Counted from the first letter of the stretch, positions 37,471-48,549 are shown. The stretch: 64,000 nt of DNA from a virus (IMGVR_UViG_3300047558_000077:64001-128000); one strand, 5' to 3'. The notes: generated by a model not told the origin, from the letters alone. Numbers and translations: made by a program.

Positions 37471-39363
37471 ATGGAATCACTATATCAAGAGTTTATCTAT
37501 AAAAGCAGATACAGCCGCTATCTGCCAGAGAAGAATCGCCGTGAGAACTGGGACGAAACTGTAAATCGTTACCTGGATTTCATGGAGAACCATCTACAGA
37601 AGAACTTCAACTATAATATGCAGGACATTCGTCCTCGTCTCTATAACGCCATCTATGATCTCAAAGTTATGCCATCTATGCGTGCTTTGATGACCGCAGG
37701 TGTAGCATTGACTCGTGATAATACATGTGGTTATAACTGTTCGTTTCTTCCTATTGATGATCCTAAGGCATTTGACGAAGCCATGTTCATTCTACTATGT
37801 GGAACAGGTGTTGGATTTTCTGTTGAGCGCCAGTTCATCAATCAGTTGCCAGAGATTCCAGAAAAGTTGTTTGATTCTGAAACTGTAATCTCTGTTAGAG
37901 ACAGCAAAGAAGGATGGGCAAAGGCACTTCGTATGCTTATCTCACTTCTATATGCTGGTGAAGTTCCAAAGTGGGATCTAACAAAGGTTCGTCCTGCCGG
38001 TGCTCCACTAAAGACATTTGGTGGTCGTTCCTCTGGACCTGGTCCTCTTTCGGAACTATTCAAGTTTGTTGTAAAGATTTTTAGGAATGCTCACGGTCGT
38101 CGCTTGACTTCCTTGGAGTGTCATGATATTATGTGCAAGATTGGTGAGGTAGTGGTTGTCGGAGGCGTTCGTCGTTCGGCAATGATTTCACTTTCTAATC
38201 TTTCCGATGACCGTATGAGACATGCCAAGGCAGGTGCTTGGTGGGAAGCAAATCCACAGCGAGCATTGTCTAACAACTCTGCGGTGTATAACGAGAAGCC
38301 TGAAATCGGTTCATTCATGTCCGAGTGGCTGGCACTATACGAATCAAAATCAGGAGAAAGAGGACTATTCAGCCGTGAAGCATGTCAAAAGATCGCCAAG
38401 CGAAATGGACGCCGAGACCATGATCAGTTATTCGGCACAAACCCGTGTTCTGAAATTATCCTTAGACCATATGGATTTTGCAATCTTACCGAAGTGGTTA
38501 TCAGAGCCACAGACACCATTGAACAGATTAAGGAGAAGATTGAGATTGCTACTATTCTCGGTACTTTCCAGTCTACTCTCACTGACTTCCCGTATCTAAG
38601 AAAGATTTGGCAGAAGAATGCCGAAGAAGAAAGACTGCTTGGTGTTTCTCTAACAGGCATCTATGACTCTAAACTATTCAACAATCCAGATGACAAGGGC
38701 ATCAAGGAGCGCCTTGCGTCTCTTCGTGACTTTGCTGTTGAGGTAAATAATGGACTTGCTAACACTCTCGGTATTAATCCTGCTGCCGCTATCACTTGTG
38801 TTAAGCCTTCAGGCACTGTATCACAACTCTGCGACTCTGCTTCTGGGATCCATCCCCGTCATGCTAGTTACTATATTCGCCGTGTGCGTGCTGATAATAA
38901 GGACCCACTCACCAAGTTTATGAAGGACAATGGTGTGCCATGGGAGCCAGATGTTATGAAGCCAGACTCAACAACAGTATTCTCCTTCCCAATGAAGGCA
39001 CCAAAGGGTGCTGTTGTTAGGGACGACATTGACGCAATCAAGCATCTTGAACTATGGGCAGTGTATCAAGAGGCGTGGTGTGAACACAAGCCATCCGTTA
39101 CAATCAATGTAAGAGAACATGAATGGATGGATGTTGGTGCGTGGGTATATCGTCACTTTGATGAAATGTCTGGCGTATCATTCTTGCCTCATGATGGCGG
39201 TTCATATCGTCAGGCACCATACGAGGAGATTAGTGAAGACCTTTACAGGGCAATGTTACCATCTATTCCAAAGTCTCTTGATTGGGACAGTCTGGTTGAA
39301 ATGGAAGATAATGTTGAAGGTGTCCAGACATTGGCTTGCACTTCAGGAAGTTGTGAAATATGA
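37471..39363 (+). CDS. nrdJ: class II (adenosylcobalamin-dependent) ribonucleotide reductase
   Basis: PSMR, GYNC, GGVRRSA, NPCSEI, CVKPSGT, C-terminal CTSGSC; no beta subunit nearby. Confidence 0.92.
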   Translation: MESLYQEFIYKSRYSRYLPEKNRRENWDETVNRYLDFMENHLQKNFNYNMQDIRPRLYNAIYDLKVMPSMRALMTAGVALTRDNTCGYNCSFLPIDDPKAFDEAMFILLCGTGVGFSVERQFINQLPEIPEKLFDSETVISVRDSKEGWAKALRMLISLLYAGEVPKWDLTKVRPAGAPLKTFGGRSSGPGPLSELFKFVVKIFRNAHGRRLTSLECHDIMCKIGEVVVVGGVRRSAMISLSNLSDDRMRHAKAGAWWEANPQRALSNNSAVYNEKPEIGSFMSEWLALYESKSGERGLFSREACQKIAKRNGRRDHDQLFGTNPCSEIILRPYGFCNLTEVVIRATDTIEQIKEKIEIATILGTFQSTLTDFPYLRKIWQKNAEEERLLGVSLTGIYDSKLFNNPDDKGIKERLASLRDFAVEVNNGLANTLGINPAAAITCVKPSGTVSQLCDSASGIHPRHASYYIRRVRADNKDPLTKFMKDNGVPWEPDVMKPDSTTVFSFPMKAPKGAVVRDDIDAIKHLELWAVYQEAWCEHKPSVTINVREHEWMDVGAWVYRHFDEMSGVSFLPHDGGSYRQAPYEEISEDLYRAMLPSIPKSLDWDSLVEMEDNVEGVQTLACTSGSCEI

Positions 39364-39607
39364 GTGAGTTCAAGGAAATCATAATCAAGGCAAGAGTCCT
39401 CAATACAAAAGAGGAACTTGCCAATATGATGAAACGAGACAAACATAGAAACTATACAGAAGATGATCTATTGCTTGTTTCAAGGTTCGTAGATACAAAT
39501 ACATTTACCCCATGGGCGGTCTTTGCTATAAAAGAAGAAAACACACCGTTCTCGGAATGGTTGAAGTTTGCTGCGCCTATGGAACTAACTGCGAAAGAGA
39601 TGGTATA

Positions 39608-40009
39608 ATGAAAAATCTAATCGTTGCTATGATGCTACTATCTACACCAGCACTTGCTGAAACAAATATCACCGTCAGCAAGTCGCATCAGATGATGCAG
39701 GTTGATAGTGACTATGGTTCTTATCAGTGGCCTGTTTCTACCGCTCGTAGGGGTTTCTATACCCCTACGGGCACCTTCCATGTTCAATCAATGGAGAAAA
39801 TGCATTATAGTCGCCTTTATGATTGGTCGCCTATGCCAAGCAGTATCTTCTTCAATGGAAATATCGCCATTCATGGAACACCGCATACAGGTAACCTAGG
39901 CAGACCCGCCAGTCACGGTTGTATCCGAATTTCTCCAACCAATGCAAAAACACTTTATGACATTGTATCCAAGGATAGAAACGGAACGACCATTAGAGTT
40001 ATTGATTGA
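39608..40009 (+). CDS. L,D-transpeptidase (YkuD) family, exported
   Basis: signal peptide, PVST, TPTG, AIHG...ASHGCIR. Confidence 0.88.
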   Translation: MKNLIVAMMLLSTPALAETNITVSKSHQMMQVDSDYGSYQWPVSTARRGFYTPTGTFHVQSMEKMHYSRLYDWSPMPSSIFFNGNIAIHGTPHTGNLGRPASHGCIRISPTNAKTLYDIVSKDRNGTTIRVID

Positions 40010-40119
40010 TGGTTGATGGTAAGGTGATTCGTCCTGAAACAAATCCTACTGGACATTCTGTTTTCATAACATTCACCTTACCATTATTTAGTAATCTTGT
40101 GATTTAGACGGAGTTATTT

Positions 40120-40497
40120 ATGGATAAAAAATCAAATCTATTCCAACTGGGAGATTTTACATCCCACGCCGGAAACATTCTTCCCTGGAAAATAGAGGCA
40201 GATGCCCTAACTGACGAAGACTGGGAATGTCTCGCCAAGATGATTGCCGATAGATGTTCTTTTGGTTCTGTGTATGGCATTCCTCGTGGTGGTGTAAAAC
40301 TACAAAAAGCATTGGAAAAGTATGCTGAACCTAACAATCCATTTCGTCTTGTGGTAGATGATGTGTATACTACAGGTAAATCCATGAGAGAAGAAATGAA
40401 ACAAGGTGATATCGGTTTCGTTGTCTTTGCTCGTAATAAAGTTGACTTTGATCCAGAAAGATATGTTCGGGCACTATTTACAATGGATGCGACATGA
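40120..40497 (+). CDS. type I phosphoribosyltransferase (orotate PRT-like)
   Basis: F.SHAG, GIPRGG, LVVDDVYTTGKS. Confidence 0.8.
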   Translation: MDKKSNLFQLGDFTSHAGNILPWKIEADALTDEDWECLAKMIADRCSFGSVYGIPRGGVKLQKALEKYAEPNNPFRLVVDDVYTTGKSMREEMKQGDIGFVVFARNKVDFDPERYVRALFTMDAT

Positions 40498-41493
40498 CAG
40501 AAGACAATTTCAAAGACGGATATCGTCAAGGTTTTACTGATGGGTTCAAACTAGCAAAAGAAATCTATGACAAAGAGAAAGAACCATATAAACCTGTAGA
40601 TTTGTTTCATAAGAAATACAAAAATGATATGGATCATATTGGAGCACCTCCAGTGCCTTCAAATGCTTGTAAAGTTTGTGGTATGAGTTTTGTTGATGAA
40701 ATGGGTAGACCAAAAGTCATGGGTTATGTCTGTGTGCATGATAAGTGCCCATCAAGGATTACATGCTAACATGACCGACGAACGATTTAGATCCATAATG
40801 GCACTAATAATCAACATAACTCTTTTCATGCTGTTAGCAGAGGCCACTAATCTGTCCTTTGCTATCGGCGCTGTGTTAGGTATATGTGCTGCTTTTGTGT
40901 GGCTAGTGTAAGAGAACTATGTATGGATGAACTGGACGAAATACTATTAGAACAACTACATGCTGCCAAAAGAAGTAAGAAACTGGTAAAGCGTATCAGA
41001 AAACTATTCAAGAATGATCCGGCCATTGATAAAGGCGAAGTCTATATAGATGGTAGAATACAGTTTTTTGAGAACATGATCCAAGATAAGTCATTGCTTC
41101 TCAAGAAGGTCAAAAAGAAGAAAGCAAAACAATCAGACTTGCTGTCAAGGAATCCTGTTTATGAATGGTACAGAAATACTATGCTCATTACCAATCTCGG
41201 TTATAAGATGTTTACGGATTCATTATCGCAGTATATGTCTTATTTCAGAAAGGATAAAACGTAATGGCAGGAGAAAGAGCAGCCATATTTGGACAGTTTA
41301 TTGAAACGTATTCAGAGAGTGATGTTGGTGTTCTAGAACGAGAAGAAACCTATAGAGTATTGCTTGAGGTTCTAGAAGAGTTTGAAATAAAAGGTATGGA
41401 GACATATCTAAACATTGACCCCGCATTTGATGAAGTTTGGAATGAAAAGTATCCACCTGAGATAGAAGACTACGAAGAATAACTATATAGTCC

Positions 41494-41910
41494 ATGATGA
41501 CATGGACATACAACAACGAACCACTTACAGAAATACCACAAGGATACGAGGCTTTCGTATATCTGATTACGAACACGGTCACTGGTAGAAAGTATGTTGG
41601 GAAGAAACTATTCAAGTTTACTCGCACATCCAAGAAAAAGGGCAAGCGAGTAAAGAAACAAGTTGATTCTGATTGGATTGATTACTATGGATCAAACAAA
41701 GAACTCCTATCGCACGTTGATCTATTCGGTAAAGAAAAGTTCAAACGAGAAATCTTGTATCTATGTAAGAGCAAAGGCGAGGCTTCGTATATGGAAGCGA
41801 AAGAACAGTTCAATAGGGATGCTTTGATTTCCGAAGAATACTATAACGAATGGATTATGGTAAGAGTAAGGAAATCTCACATCAAAAAATCACTTGACAT
41901 TCCGAAATGA
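41494..41910 (+). CDS. GIY-YIG endonuclease
   Basis: FVYLITN...KYVGKK...YYGS...E...YYN. Confidence 0.8.
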   Translation: MMTWTYNNEPLTEIPQGYEAFVYLITNTVTGRKYVGKKLFKFTRTSKKKGKRVKKQVDSDWIDYYGSNKELLSHVDLFGKEKFKREILYLCKSKGEASYMEAKEQFNRDALISEEYYNEWIMVRVRKSHIKKSLDIPK

Positions 41911-41929
41911 CTATGCTATAAATGAGGTT

Positions 41930-42166
41930 ATGATGGCAATTGTAATGTATTCCAAACAAGACTGTCCCTTCTGCGACAAGGCAAGGGAACTCCTGCGTTC
42001 ACAAGGAAAGTTTTTCATCGAATATAAACTTGACAGAGACTTTTCCAGAGAGACTTTAAAGGCACTATTTCCTACCGCAAAAACTTATCCCGTAATAACA
42101 CTTGACAGCCGCTATATTGGCGGCTATAATGAGTTATCAAAACTGCATGAGGAAGGGAAATTGTAA
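41930..42166 (+). CDS. glutaredoxin
   Basis: CPFC, TYP, IGGY; promoter TTGACA-17-TATAAA at 41894. Confidence 0.9.
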   Translation: MMAIVMYSKQDCPFCDKARELLRSQGKFFIEYKLDRDFSRETLKALFPTAKTYPVITLDSRYIGGYNELSKLHEEGKL

Positions 42167-42400
42167 TGTGGATCTCAGAATTAGATTCCGCACAATTAGG
42201 AACTGTAAAAATCGGATCGTTTCATTCCAAGGATGAGGCCATAGAGGCGACCAACAAATGGTTAAATGAAACGAAAATTTCTGATGGCGAAGAAGAAGTT
42301 ACCATGGGTGAATGGATCAACGATAGTTGGACAGATGAAATTTTCATCTTCGAGGAAAATGATTATGAATGGGAATATGAAGATGAAGATGGAGAGGAAG

Positions 42401-42661
42401 ATGATTGACAAGTATGCTCTCAAGGAAGACCTAAAGAACGGTGTTGTTACCGTTGTCTTTGAAAAGAAGGACGGAACAGAACGCACCATGCGGGCTACTC
42501 TTTCCGATAACTATGTTCCACAGGTATTGTCAGAGTATGATGGACAGGTTGCTAAGCCTGCTCGCCAGCTAAATGATGATGTTCAGGCAGTATGGGATAT
42601 TGACGCTAATGGTTGGCGTTCATTCCGTATTGATTCTGTCAAACAACTATTGAAGGAGTGA
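42401..42661 (+). CDS. SH3/WYL-like beta-barrel protein (DUF2693-like)
   Basis: V.FEKKDGTER.MRATL...WD....WRSFR. Confidence 0.75.
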   Translation: MIDKYALKEDLKNGVVTVVFEKKDGTERTMRATLSDNYVPQVLSEYDGQVAKPARQLNDDVQAVWDIDANGWRSFRIDSVKQLLKE

Positions 42662-42663
42662 TA

Positions 42664-42762
42664 ATGGCGCATCCGCATAAGAATAGACCTCGCAAGGGTC
42701 GTCGTAAGATTGGTTCTACAAAACGCAAGGCTCGTCGTCTCAAAGGAAGAAAGAAGAAGTAA
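42664..42762 (+). CDS. 32-aa highly basic peptide
   Basis: MAHPHKNRPRKGRRKIGSTKRKARRLKGRKKK; AAGGAG RBS, TAATG coupling to next gene. Confidence 0.65.
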   Translation: MAHPHKNRPRKGRRKIGSTKRKARRLKGRKKK

Positions 42763-43322
42763 TGCCTATCAATCTACCAGAAGGAATCCACAAAATGAAG
42801 GGTCTAGACAAGGCCAAGATTATCAATGTGTCTGCTACGTCCGAAGGCATCAACTTTTATGATGGTCTGGCACTATTGCTTATTGGTCTAAAACTAACCG
42901 ATCATCTTCCAACTTGGACATGGATCGAGATCCTCGCTCCTCTTTGGGTGCCTTTCATGTTGTCTTGGTTTGTTCGCCTAGTAAAGGGAACTTTCTTTAC
43001 CGATGATGAGGATGAAGAATAATGTCTGCTGATAACGGCATCTATGTTTTGCTAACAGAAACAGAAAAAGGTCCAGAGTATCGTGTAGCCTATGCCCAGG
43101 CGATTGACAACATTTACGGAAAGTTCAACGAGGAACTATGCCGTTATGAAGGAGACATTCAACAGATCCGTTCCGTATTTGAGGACTCTCAAGTATTTCA
43201 TACACTTAACGAGGCACTTGACTTTGCTGAAGGTATGGAGTATGATTATGAATATCTTGAAGACGGAATATGTGTGATAAATGAGTTCAAAGACTACAGT
43301 CATATCTTTACCTGAGAAAAAT

Positions 43323-43778
43323 ATGGCAAAGATTGTATTACACGGACATCCTAAAAAGATTACCAGACAAGAGTTAATACAATCTGCTGCCTTCTTTAGC
43401 GACCATCTGCTGAAAAAACTTAGCAAGAATGTTACGGTGGTCATCAAACTCAAAAACAATCTATATAAGACGACCAAATGTTTCGGTCTATGCACCTATA
43501 CAGACGACGACATTAGAACTTCTAATCATCGTGAGTTTGAGATAGAAATGGACTCGGACTTTGGTCGTCCTTTTATGTTGAGAACACTAGCACATGAACT
43601 TGTCCATGTTAAACAATACGCCCGAGGTCAACTCATTGAAATGTCCGGACCATATCAGAAATGGAACGGTGTAATGTTTAGTGAGAATAAGGTGCCTTAT
43701 AAGAAACTGCCTTGGGAGGTAGAAGCATTACAGTTAGAAAAAGAACTGTATGAGTTATGGAAGCAACATCGTGGCTAA
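43323..43778 (+). CDS. HExxH metallopeptidase-like protein
   Basis: TLAHELVHVKQ...PWEVEA. Confidence 0.75.
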   Translation: MAKIVLHGHPKKITRQELIQSAAFFSDHLLKKLSKNVTVVIKLKNNLYKTTKCFGLCTYTDDDIRTSNHREFEIEMDSDFGRPFMLRTLAHELVHVKQYARGQLIEMSGPYQKWNGVMFSENKVPYKKLPWEVEALQLEKELYELWKQHRG

Positions 43779-43791
43779 TAAGGAGAAGAAA

Positions 43792-44889
43792 GTGAAAACG
43801 GCAACCGTTCGTCGTCCCAAGTTTGCTGATGAAAAGTATCTCGGTTCTGAGCCGACTGTGGATGAAAATGCCACAGAAATTGATATGGCCAAGGCATACA
43901 CCTGGTTCAACTATTTCTATAACTCGGAAGATGCCAAGACCTTCACAATCTCCTATCTCAAGCATATTAAATACAACAAAGACACTATCAAGAAACTCTC
44001 CAAAGTTAATGCTATCAATCTTCACAACATCGGTTGGAACTGCCGTTTGCTCTATAATGGCAGCACTCTACCTGATGGTGTGTGGGAGCGTTGCGACTCC
44101 AGAATTAAACAATTGGCTGATGCTATTACAATCGTCGATGACGAAGAAGTGGCAGCACCAGTCAAGGTCGTATCAATTCAGGATCGTATCAACAATAAGG
44201 CTGCCGAACTGATTGGCGAACTTGAAGAACAATTGGATGTGTTCTTTCAAGAAGGAGTTATTCAGTTTGACGTTAAGAAGTGGTCCCTTGAGAAGGGAAT
44301 TAAACCGCAAATTGCGAAGAGGATTGCGGACAAATTCCGTCCTCAATTTGCAGAAATCACCGAAGCCCTCGAAGGCAAAGACGCTGACTTGGTGGAAGCG
44401 TATAAGGGTTGGCGCAAGCCAGTTCTTAAAATCATGGCTCTATTCATCAAGCGTATAATCGACCATATGGTTGAACTGGACTCCGCTGGGCAGACAGTTC
44501 GCAAGCCACGCAAGAAGAAGGTAAAGCCTGCTTCGGTTCTGGTCGCCAAGATGAACTATTGTAAATCCGCAGATACTCTAACGAGTGTTGATCCGAAGGA
44601 GATTATCGGTGCTTCGCAACTTTGGGCATACAATCATAAAACTCGCAATCTTTCTGTGTATAATGCCGTGGGTCATTCTGGCCTTTCGGTCAGAGGGTCT
44701 ACGATTACAGGATTTGACGAGACAACTTCGGTTACAAAGAAACTCCGTAAACCAGAAGCAGTAATCAAGCCGCTGATGGAAGGTAGTAAGGTTTATCTTC
44801 GCAAGGTTATGGACAATCTCACAACGACCGAACAGAAAGCAACTGGTCGCATCAATGTGGACACAATACTACTGAGAGTGGTAAAATGA
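43792..44889 (+). CDS. conserved T4-like hypothetical protein
   Basis: 'IIGA..LW.YN.K.R...KKLRKP...GRIN...ILL' C-terminus; GTG start after AAGGAG. Confidence 0.6.
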   Translation: MKTATVRRPKFADEKYLGSEPTVDENATEIDMAKAYTWFNYFYNSEDAKTFTISYLKHIKYNKDTIKKLSKVNAINLHNIGWNCRLLYNGSTLPDGVWERCDSRIKQLADAITIVDDEEVAAPVKVVSIQDRINNKAAELIGELEEQLDVFFQEGVIQFDVKKWSLEKGIKPQIAKRIADKFRPQFAEITEALEGKDADLVEAYKGWRKPVLKIMALFIKRIIDHMVELDSAGQTVRKPRKKKVKPASVLVAKMNYCKSADTLTSVDPKEIIGASQLWAYNHKTRNLSVYNAVGHSGLSVRGSTITGFDETTSVTKKLRKPEAVIKPLMEGSKVYLRKVMDNLTTTEQKATGRINVDTILLRVVK

Positions 44890-45423
44890 CCGTAGAAGCA
44901 TTCATGTGGGCGTGGATATACATGGGTTATGTAGTGGCAGCACTCTCGGTGTTGACACTACTACTCATTACAATTTATAAGGACTAACAATGGCTAATAA
45001 AGTAATCGAGTTCCCCAAGAGTAAGGTTGTTCGTGAAATTCCAGAAGAAGTTCATATAGAACGACAAGCCAAAGCAGACATGAAACAAGCCGATGTTATC
45101 GTGGACGAAGTTGCTGGTCTAATGATCACCGAACTTGATAACTACTTTGTCGATGTTACATCCAAACAGTTTAGTAAAGATATTATTCTGGTTGTGGATG
45201 CTCTAAAGGCTGCCGTGTATAGATCATACGGAATCGACCATCATCTTCATCCGTTCATTGACGATAATGTGAAACTGATTGAAGGCGATATCAACGGAAT
45301 GTCAAAAGAAGAAATCAAGGAAAAGATCGAAAAGATCATGCTGGAACTTTCCGAAGCGAAAGAAAAGATTGACAGCGAAGAAGAAGAGTGATATACTTTC
45401 TATTCACTCAATAAGGAAATATT

Positions 45424-46284
45424 ATGTCTTACATGCTGATTGACCTCAACCAGGTTCTAATCTCTAATCTGATGCAACACCTAAAGTTTGTATCAAAGCA
45501 GCACGAAATGAGTGAAGACCTTATTCGTCATATGTGCATCAATACAATCCGATCTAACGTAAAGCAGTTTCGTTCCAAATATCAGAACGTTATTCTTTGC
45601 TGCGACTCGAAGCATTATTGGCGGCGTGATTACTTTGCGTTTTACAAGTCGCATCGTAAGCATGATCGTGAGGCATCTGGTCTTGATTGGGATATGATCT
45701 TCACTGTCCTAAATGGTCTTCGTGATGAGTTGCGTGATAACTTTCCGTATAAGACACTAAATGTGGAAGGCGCAGAAGCCGACGATGTTATTGCTGTGCT
45801 AACTGCTAGACTGGCTCCACATGCTCCTGTTCTTATTCTATCGTCAGATAAAGACTTTGGTCAGTTGCAGAAGTATCCAAACGTTACACAGTATTCACCT
45901 ATTCTAAAGCGGTTTATCAAGATTGATGATCCGAAGACTTTCGTTCGGGAGCATATCATCAAGGGTGATCGTGGCGATGGCATTCCAAACTTTCTTACAA
46001 ATGACAATGCTCTTGCTGTTGGCGAACGACAGAAGCCTATCAGTAGCAAGAAACTGACCGAATGGGTTCACAAAGATGCCTCCGAGTTTTGCACTACGGA
46101 TTGGATGCTTCGTTGTTATAAGCGCAATCAGACTCTTATTGATTTTGACTATATACCTAACGAGATCCAGTCTAAAATCGTTGATGCATTTGAAGAGACA
46201 AAACCCGCAGACAAACAGAAAATGCTGAACTACTTTATCAACAAAGGACTCAAGGCGATGATTGAGTCTATTCATGATTTTTGA
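45424..46284 (+). CDS. rnh: T4 RNase H (5'-3' exonuclease)
   Basis: LID.NQ, YWRR...YK..R, EADD, SSDKDF, GDRGDGIP. Confidence 0.93.
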   Translation: MSYMLIDLNQVLISNLMQHLKFVSKQHEMSEDLIRHMCINTIRSNVKQFRSKYQNVILCCDSKHYWRRDYFAFYKSHRKHDREASGLDWDMIFTVLNGLRDELRDNFPYKTLNVEGAEADDVIAVLTARLAPHAPVLILSSDKDFGQLQKYPNVTQYSPILKRFIKIDDPKTFVREHIIKGDRGDGIPNFLTNDNALAVGERQKPISSKKLTEWVHKDASEFCTTDWMLRCYKRNQTLIDFDYIPNEIQSKIVDAFEETKPADKQKMLNYFINKGLKAMIESIHDF

Positions 46285-46291
46285 GGATAAC

Positions 46292-46729
46292 ATGACAAAT
46301 AAAAACATATATGAAGTTTTCAATGAGTTTAAAAATGCCAAGACAAAACAAGATCGCTTAGAGGTTCTAAGACGTAACAACAACTACGCTTTAAAAAATG
46401 TTTTGTTAGGTGCATTCAATAACAATATCAAATTCACTGTTAATAAAGTTCCTGACTACAAAAAGATAGATGTGCCGCCAGGCATGTCATACTCACACAT
46501 GACCGAGGCATTATCAAAGGTATACCTTTTTGTGGAGGGTAATGCAAAACGACCACAAGGTCTGACAGAAAAAAGAGCAACAGAACTTCTGATACAGTTG
46601 TTGGAATCTCTTGAACCAAATGAAGCAGAAGTTTTTGCCAACATGATTCAAAAAGATTTAAAAATACCATATCTAACAGTCAATCTAATCAATGAAGCAT
46701 TCCCTGGCCTGTTGCCGGATAAGGAGTAA
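46292..46729 (+). CDS. conserved T4-like hypothetical protein
   Basis: IQLLESL...EAE......KDL...EAFP motif following rnh. Confidence 0.6.
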   Translation: MTNKNIYEVFNEFKNAKTKQDRLEVLRRNNNYALKNVLLGAFNNNIKFTVNKVPDYKKIDVPPGMSYSHMTEALSKVYLFVEGNAKRPQGLTEKRATELLIQLLESLEPNEAEVFANMIQKDLKIPYLTVNLINEAFPGLLPDKE

Positions 46730-47048
46730 TCAAGGCTTAATACCATGAAGAACAAATCACCAAGTTTGAAACACGATCCTTTATATGCCGAATTATTCGA
46801 AGAAGATAGAAAGTATGGTGGCAAACGTTTGGAACTTCCTCAAACCGACTTAAAAAAGAAACGTCCCATCCAAAATCTAAGGAAAGCATGGATGGAGCAC
46901 GAGGAAGACTTCGACGAGGTTGATGACTTTTACGAACATTGATTGTAAACAGGATAGTGCTTGACATTCCTTAAATTTCGAGTAGGATAGGTACCATGCT
47001 GATCAATAGTGACAGCAGGTATCTATCCTTAACAGAAGGAATTATAGA

Positions 47049-48419
47049 ATGTCTAATTGGAAATATGTCACCCGCACAGTTCAGGAATTTGTCAACGAGG
47101 CTCAACGTGATAACTGGAATGTTGATCCTGAGTGGCAGCGCCTTGACACAAATTTAAACCTTAATGCTAAAGGCTCGAAGCCCTCTAAGGCACAGAGCAT
47201 CATTGCTTCCATGTTTAATGGCCAAGATATTGGTGAAATTAAACTTTGTGACTATGAAGGTGTTAAGTCCTCAATTGATGGTGGTAATCGTAAGAGAGCC
47301 ATTCTAAATTTTTATAATAACAAGTTTGCCCTTCCCAAGGGTAGCAAGTATGCAGGCCTAAAGTATAAAGACCTTAGCGAAGATGCGAAAGAACTCTTCC
47401 TTAGCTATGTGATCCGTTTCATCGAATACGGTGAAATCACTACACAAGAAATTGGTGAAACTTTCCGTAACACCAACAATACAACTCCCGTCAATAAGCA
47501 GGAAATGCGTAACAGCGAAGGACAGAATCCAGTTGCGGTTCTCGTTCGTCGTACCACACGCAAGATTGATGAGGTTGGTAATATCCCTCACATCCTCTTT
47601 GATTGGAGAATTAACGCAAAGGGTGATGCGGAATATACTTATCTTACCTTCAATAACAAAGGCCTGCATCTGGATGAACAGACGGCTCGTTTGCTTTGCC
47701 GTGTTTTACAGGGTGAAAAGTCCATTGCCGTGAGCGATGACGACCTTGATAAAATGTATGCAGATTATGAGGCGTTTTTGACCGATGAGGAAAACCTCAA
47801 GAAGGCTAAGAAGAAGTTGTATGAAGTATTGGACTTTATTGTCAATATTGCCGATACAGCTAGAAAGTATAAGAATGGTCGTGGTCTTGCCCATAAGCAG
47901 TATGAAATGCTGGTTCGCCTGTATTTCTACCTTAAAGAACACCACAAGTCCTTTAAGGTTACCGATGCTAGTGAATTTTGGGTTGCGTTCACTACCGCTA
48001 TGGACTCGGTTCTTTCGTGTGACGATATCACATTTAAGGAGCGTAGCGGTAAGACTCGTGTCGTTGCAGAAGCCTTCGGTCAGTATCTTAAAAGCGACTT
48101 GAACGACCAGTGGAAGTATGATAAGTCCCTCGAACTCTTCCTGAATGAGTTTAATCTTGATAACTGCGGTCTAAAGTTGCTTGATCCTAAGCGTTGCTTT
48201 AGCCGTGATGAAATCGAGAGTGCCTTGATCAAGCAAGGTTACAAGGACTTTATTGATGGTAAGAAACTGACCATGAAAGATGCGGTTGGTGCCCATGTTA
48301 TTGCACATTCTAATGGTGGTAAGACGGAGACCGACAATCTAGTGGTCGTTTCTAAGGCTCATAACACGGCGATGGGTACCATGCCCGTTGATGTTTACAA
48401 AGCCTCTCTCGGGTATTGA
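47049..48419 (+). CDS. DUF262/GmrSD-like protein with C-terminal HNH-like domain
   Basis: PEWQR, IDGGNR, F...N...P, H.IAHS.GG.T...NL......HN; own promoter at 46961. Confidence 0.7.
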   Translation: MSNWKYVTRTVQEFVNEAQRDNWNVDPEWQRLDTNLNLNAKGSKPSKAQSIIASMFNGQDIGEIKLCDYEGVKSSIDGGNRKRAILNFYNNKFALPKGSKYAGLKYKDLSEDAKELFLSYVIRFIEYGEITTQEIGETFRNTNNTTPVNKQEMRNSEGQNPVAVLVRRTTRKIDEVGNIPHILFDWRINAKGDAEYTYLTFNNKGLHLDEQTARLLCRVLQGEKSIAVSDDDLDKMYADYEAFLTDEENLKKAKKKLYEVLDFIVNIADTARKYKNGRGLAHKQYEMLVRLYFYLKEHHKSFKVTDASEFWVAFTTAMDSVLSCDDITFKERSGKTRVVAEAFGQYLKSDLNDQWKYDKSLELFLNEFNLDNCGLKLLDPKRCFSRDEIESALIKQGYKDFIDGKKLTMKDAVGAHVIAHSNGGKTETDNLVVVSKAHNTAMGTMPVDVYKASLGY

Positions 48420-48438
48420 TCTAAGTCAAAGGTAACTT

Positions 48439-48543
48439 AGGTATGTCAACAGTCTACCTAAAACGTAGACTTAGGGTGCGTCACCCTGTCGCACCTGTTG
48501 ACATACCTTTTTTATTGACTCTTCCGTTCCGCCGTGCTATATT
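48439..48543 (+). promoter_or_regulatory. boxed early promoter with branched inverted-repeat element
   Basis: 14-bp outer IR, inner hairpins, box 48477-48493, TTGACT 48515, TATATT 48538. Confidence 0.75.
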
Positions 48544-48549
48544 AAGTCC

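Noticed and set aside
3730-39363. Inteins or group I introns in gp43, gp41, thyX, nrdJ
   Set aside because: ORFs are continuous and of normal length with no intein motifs
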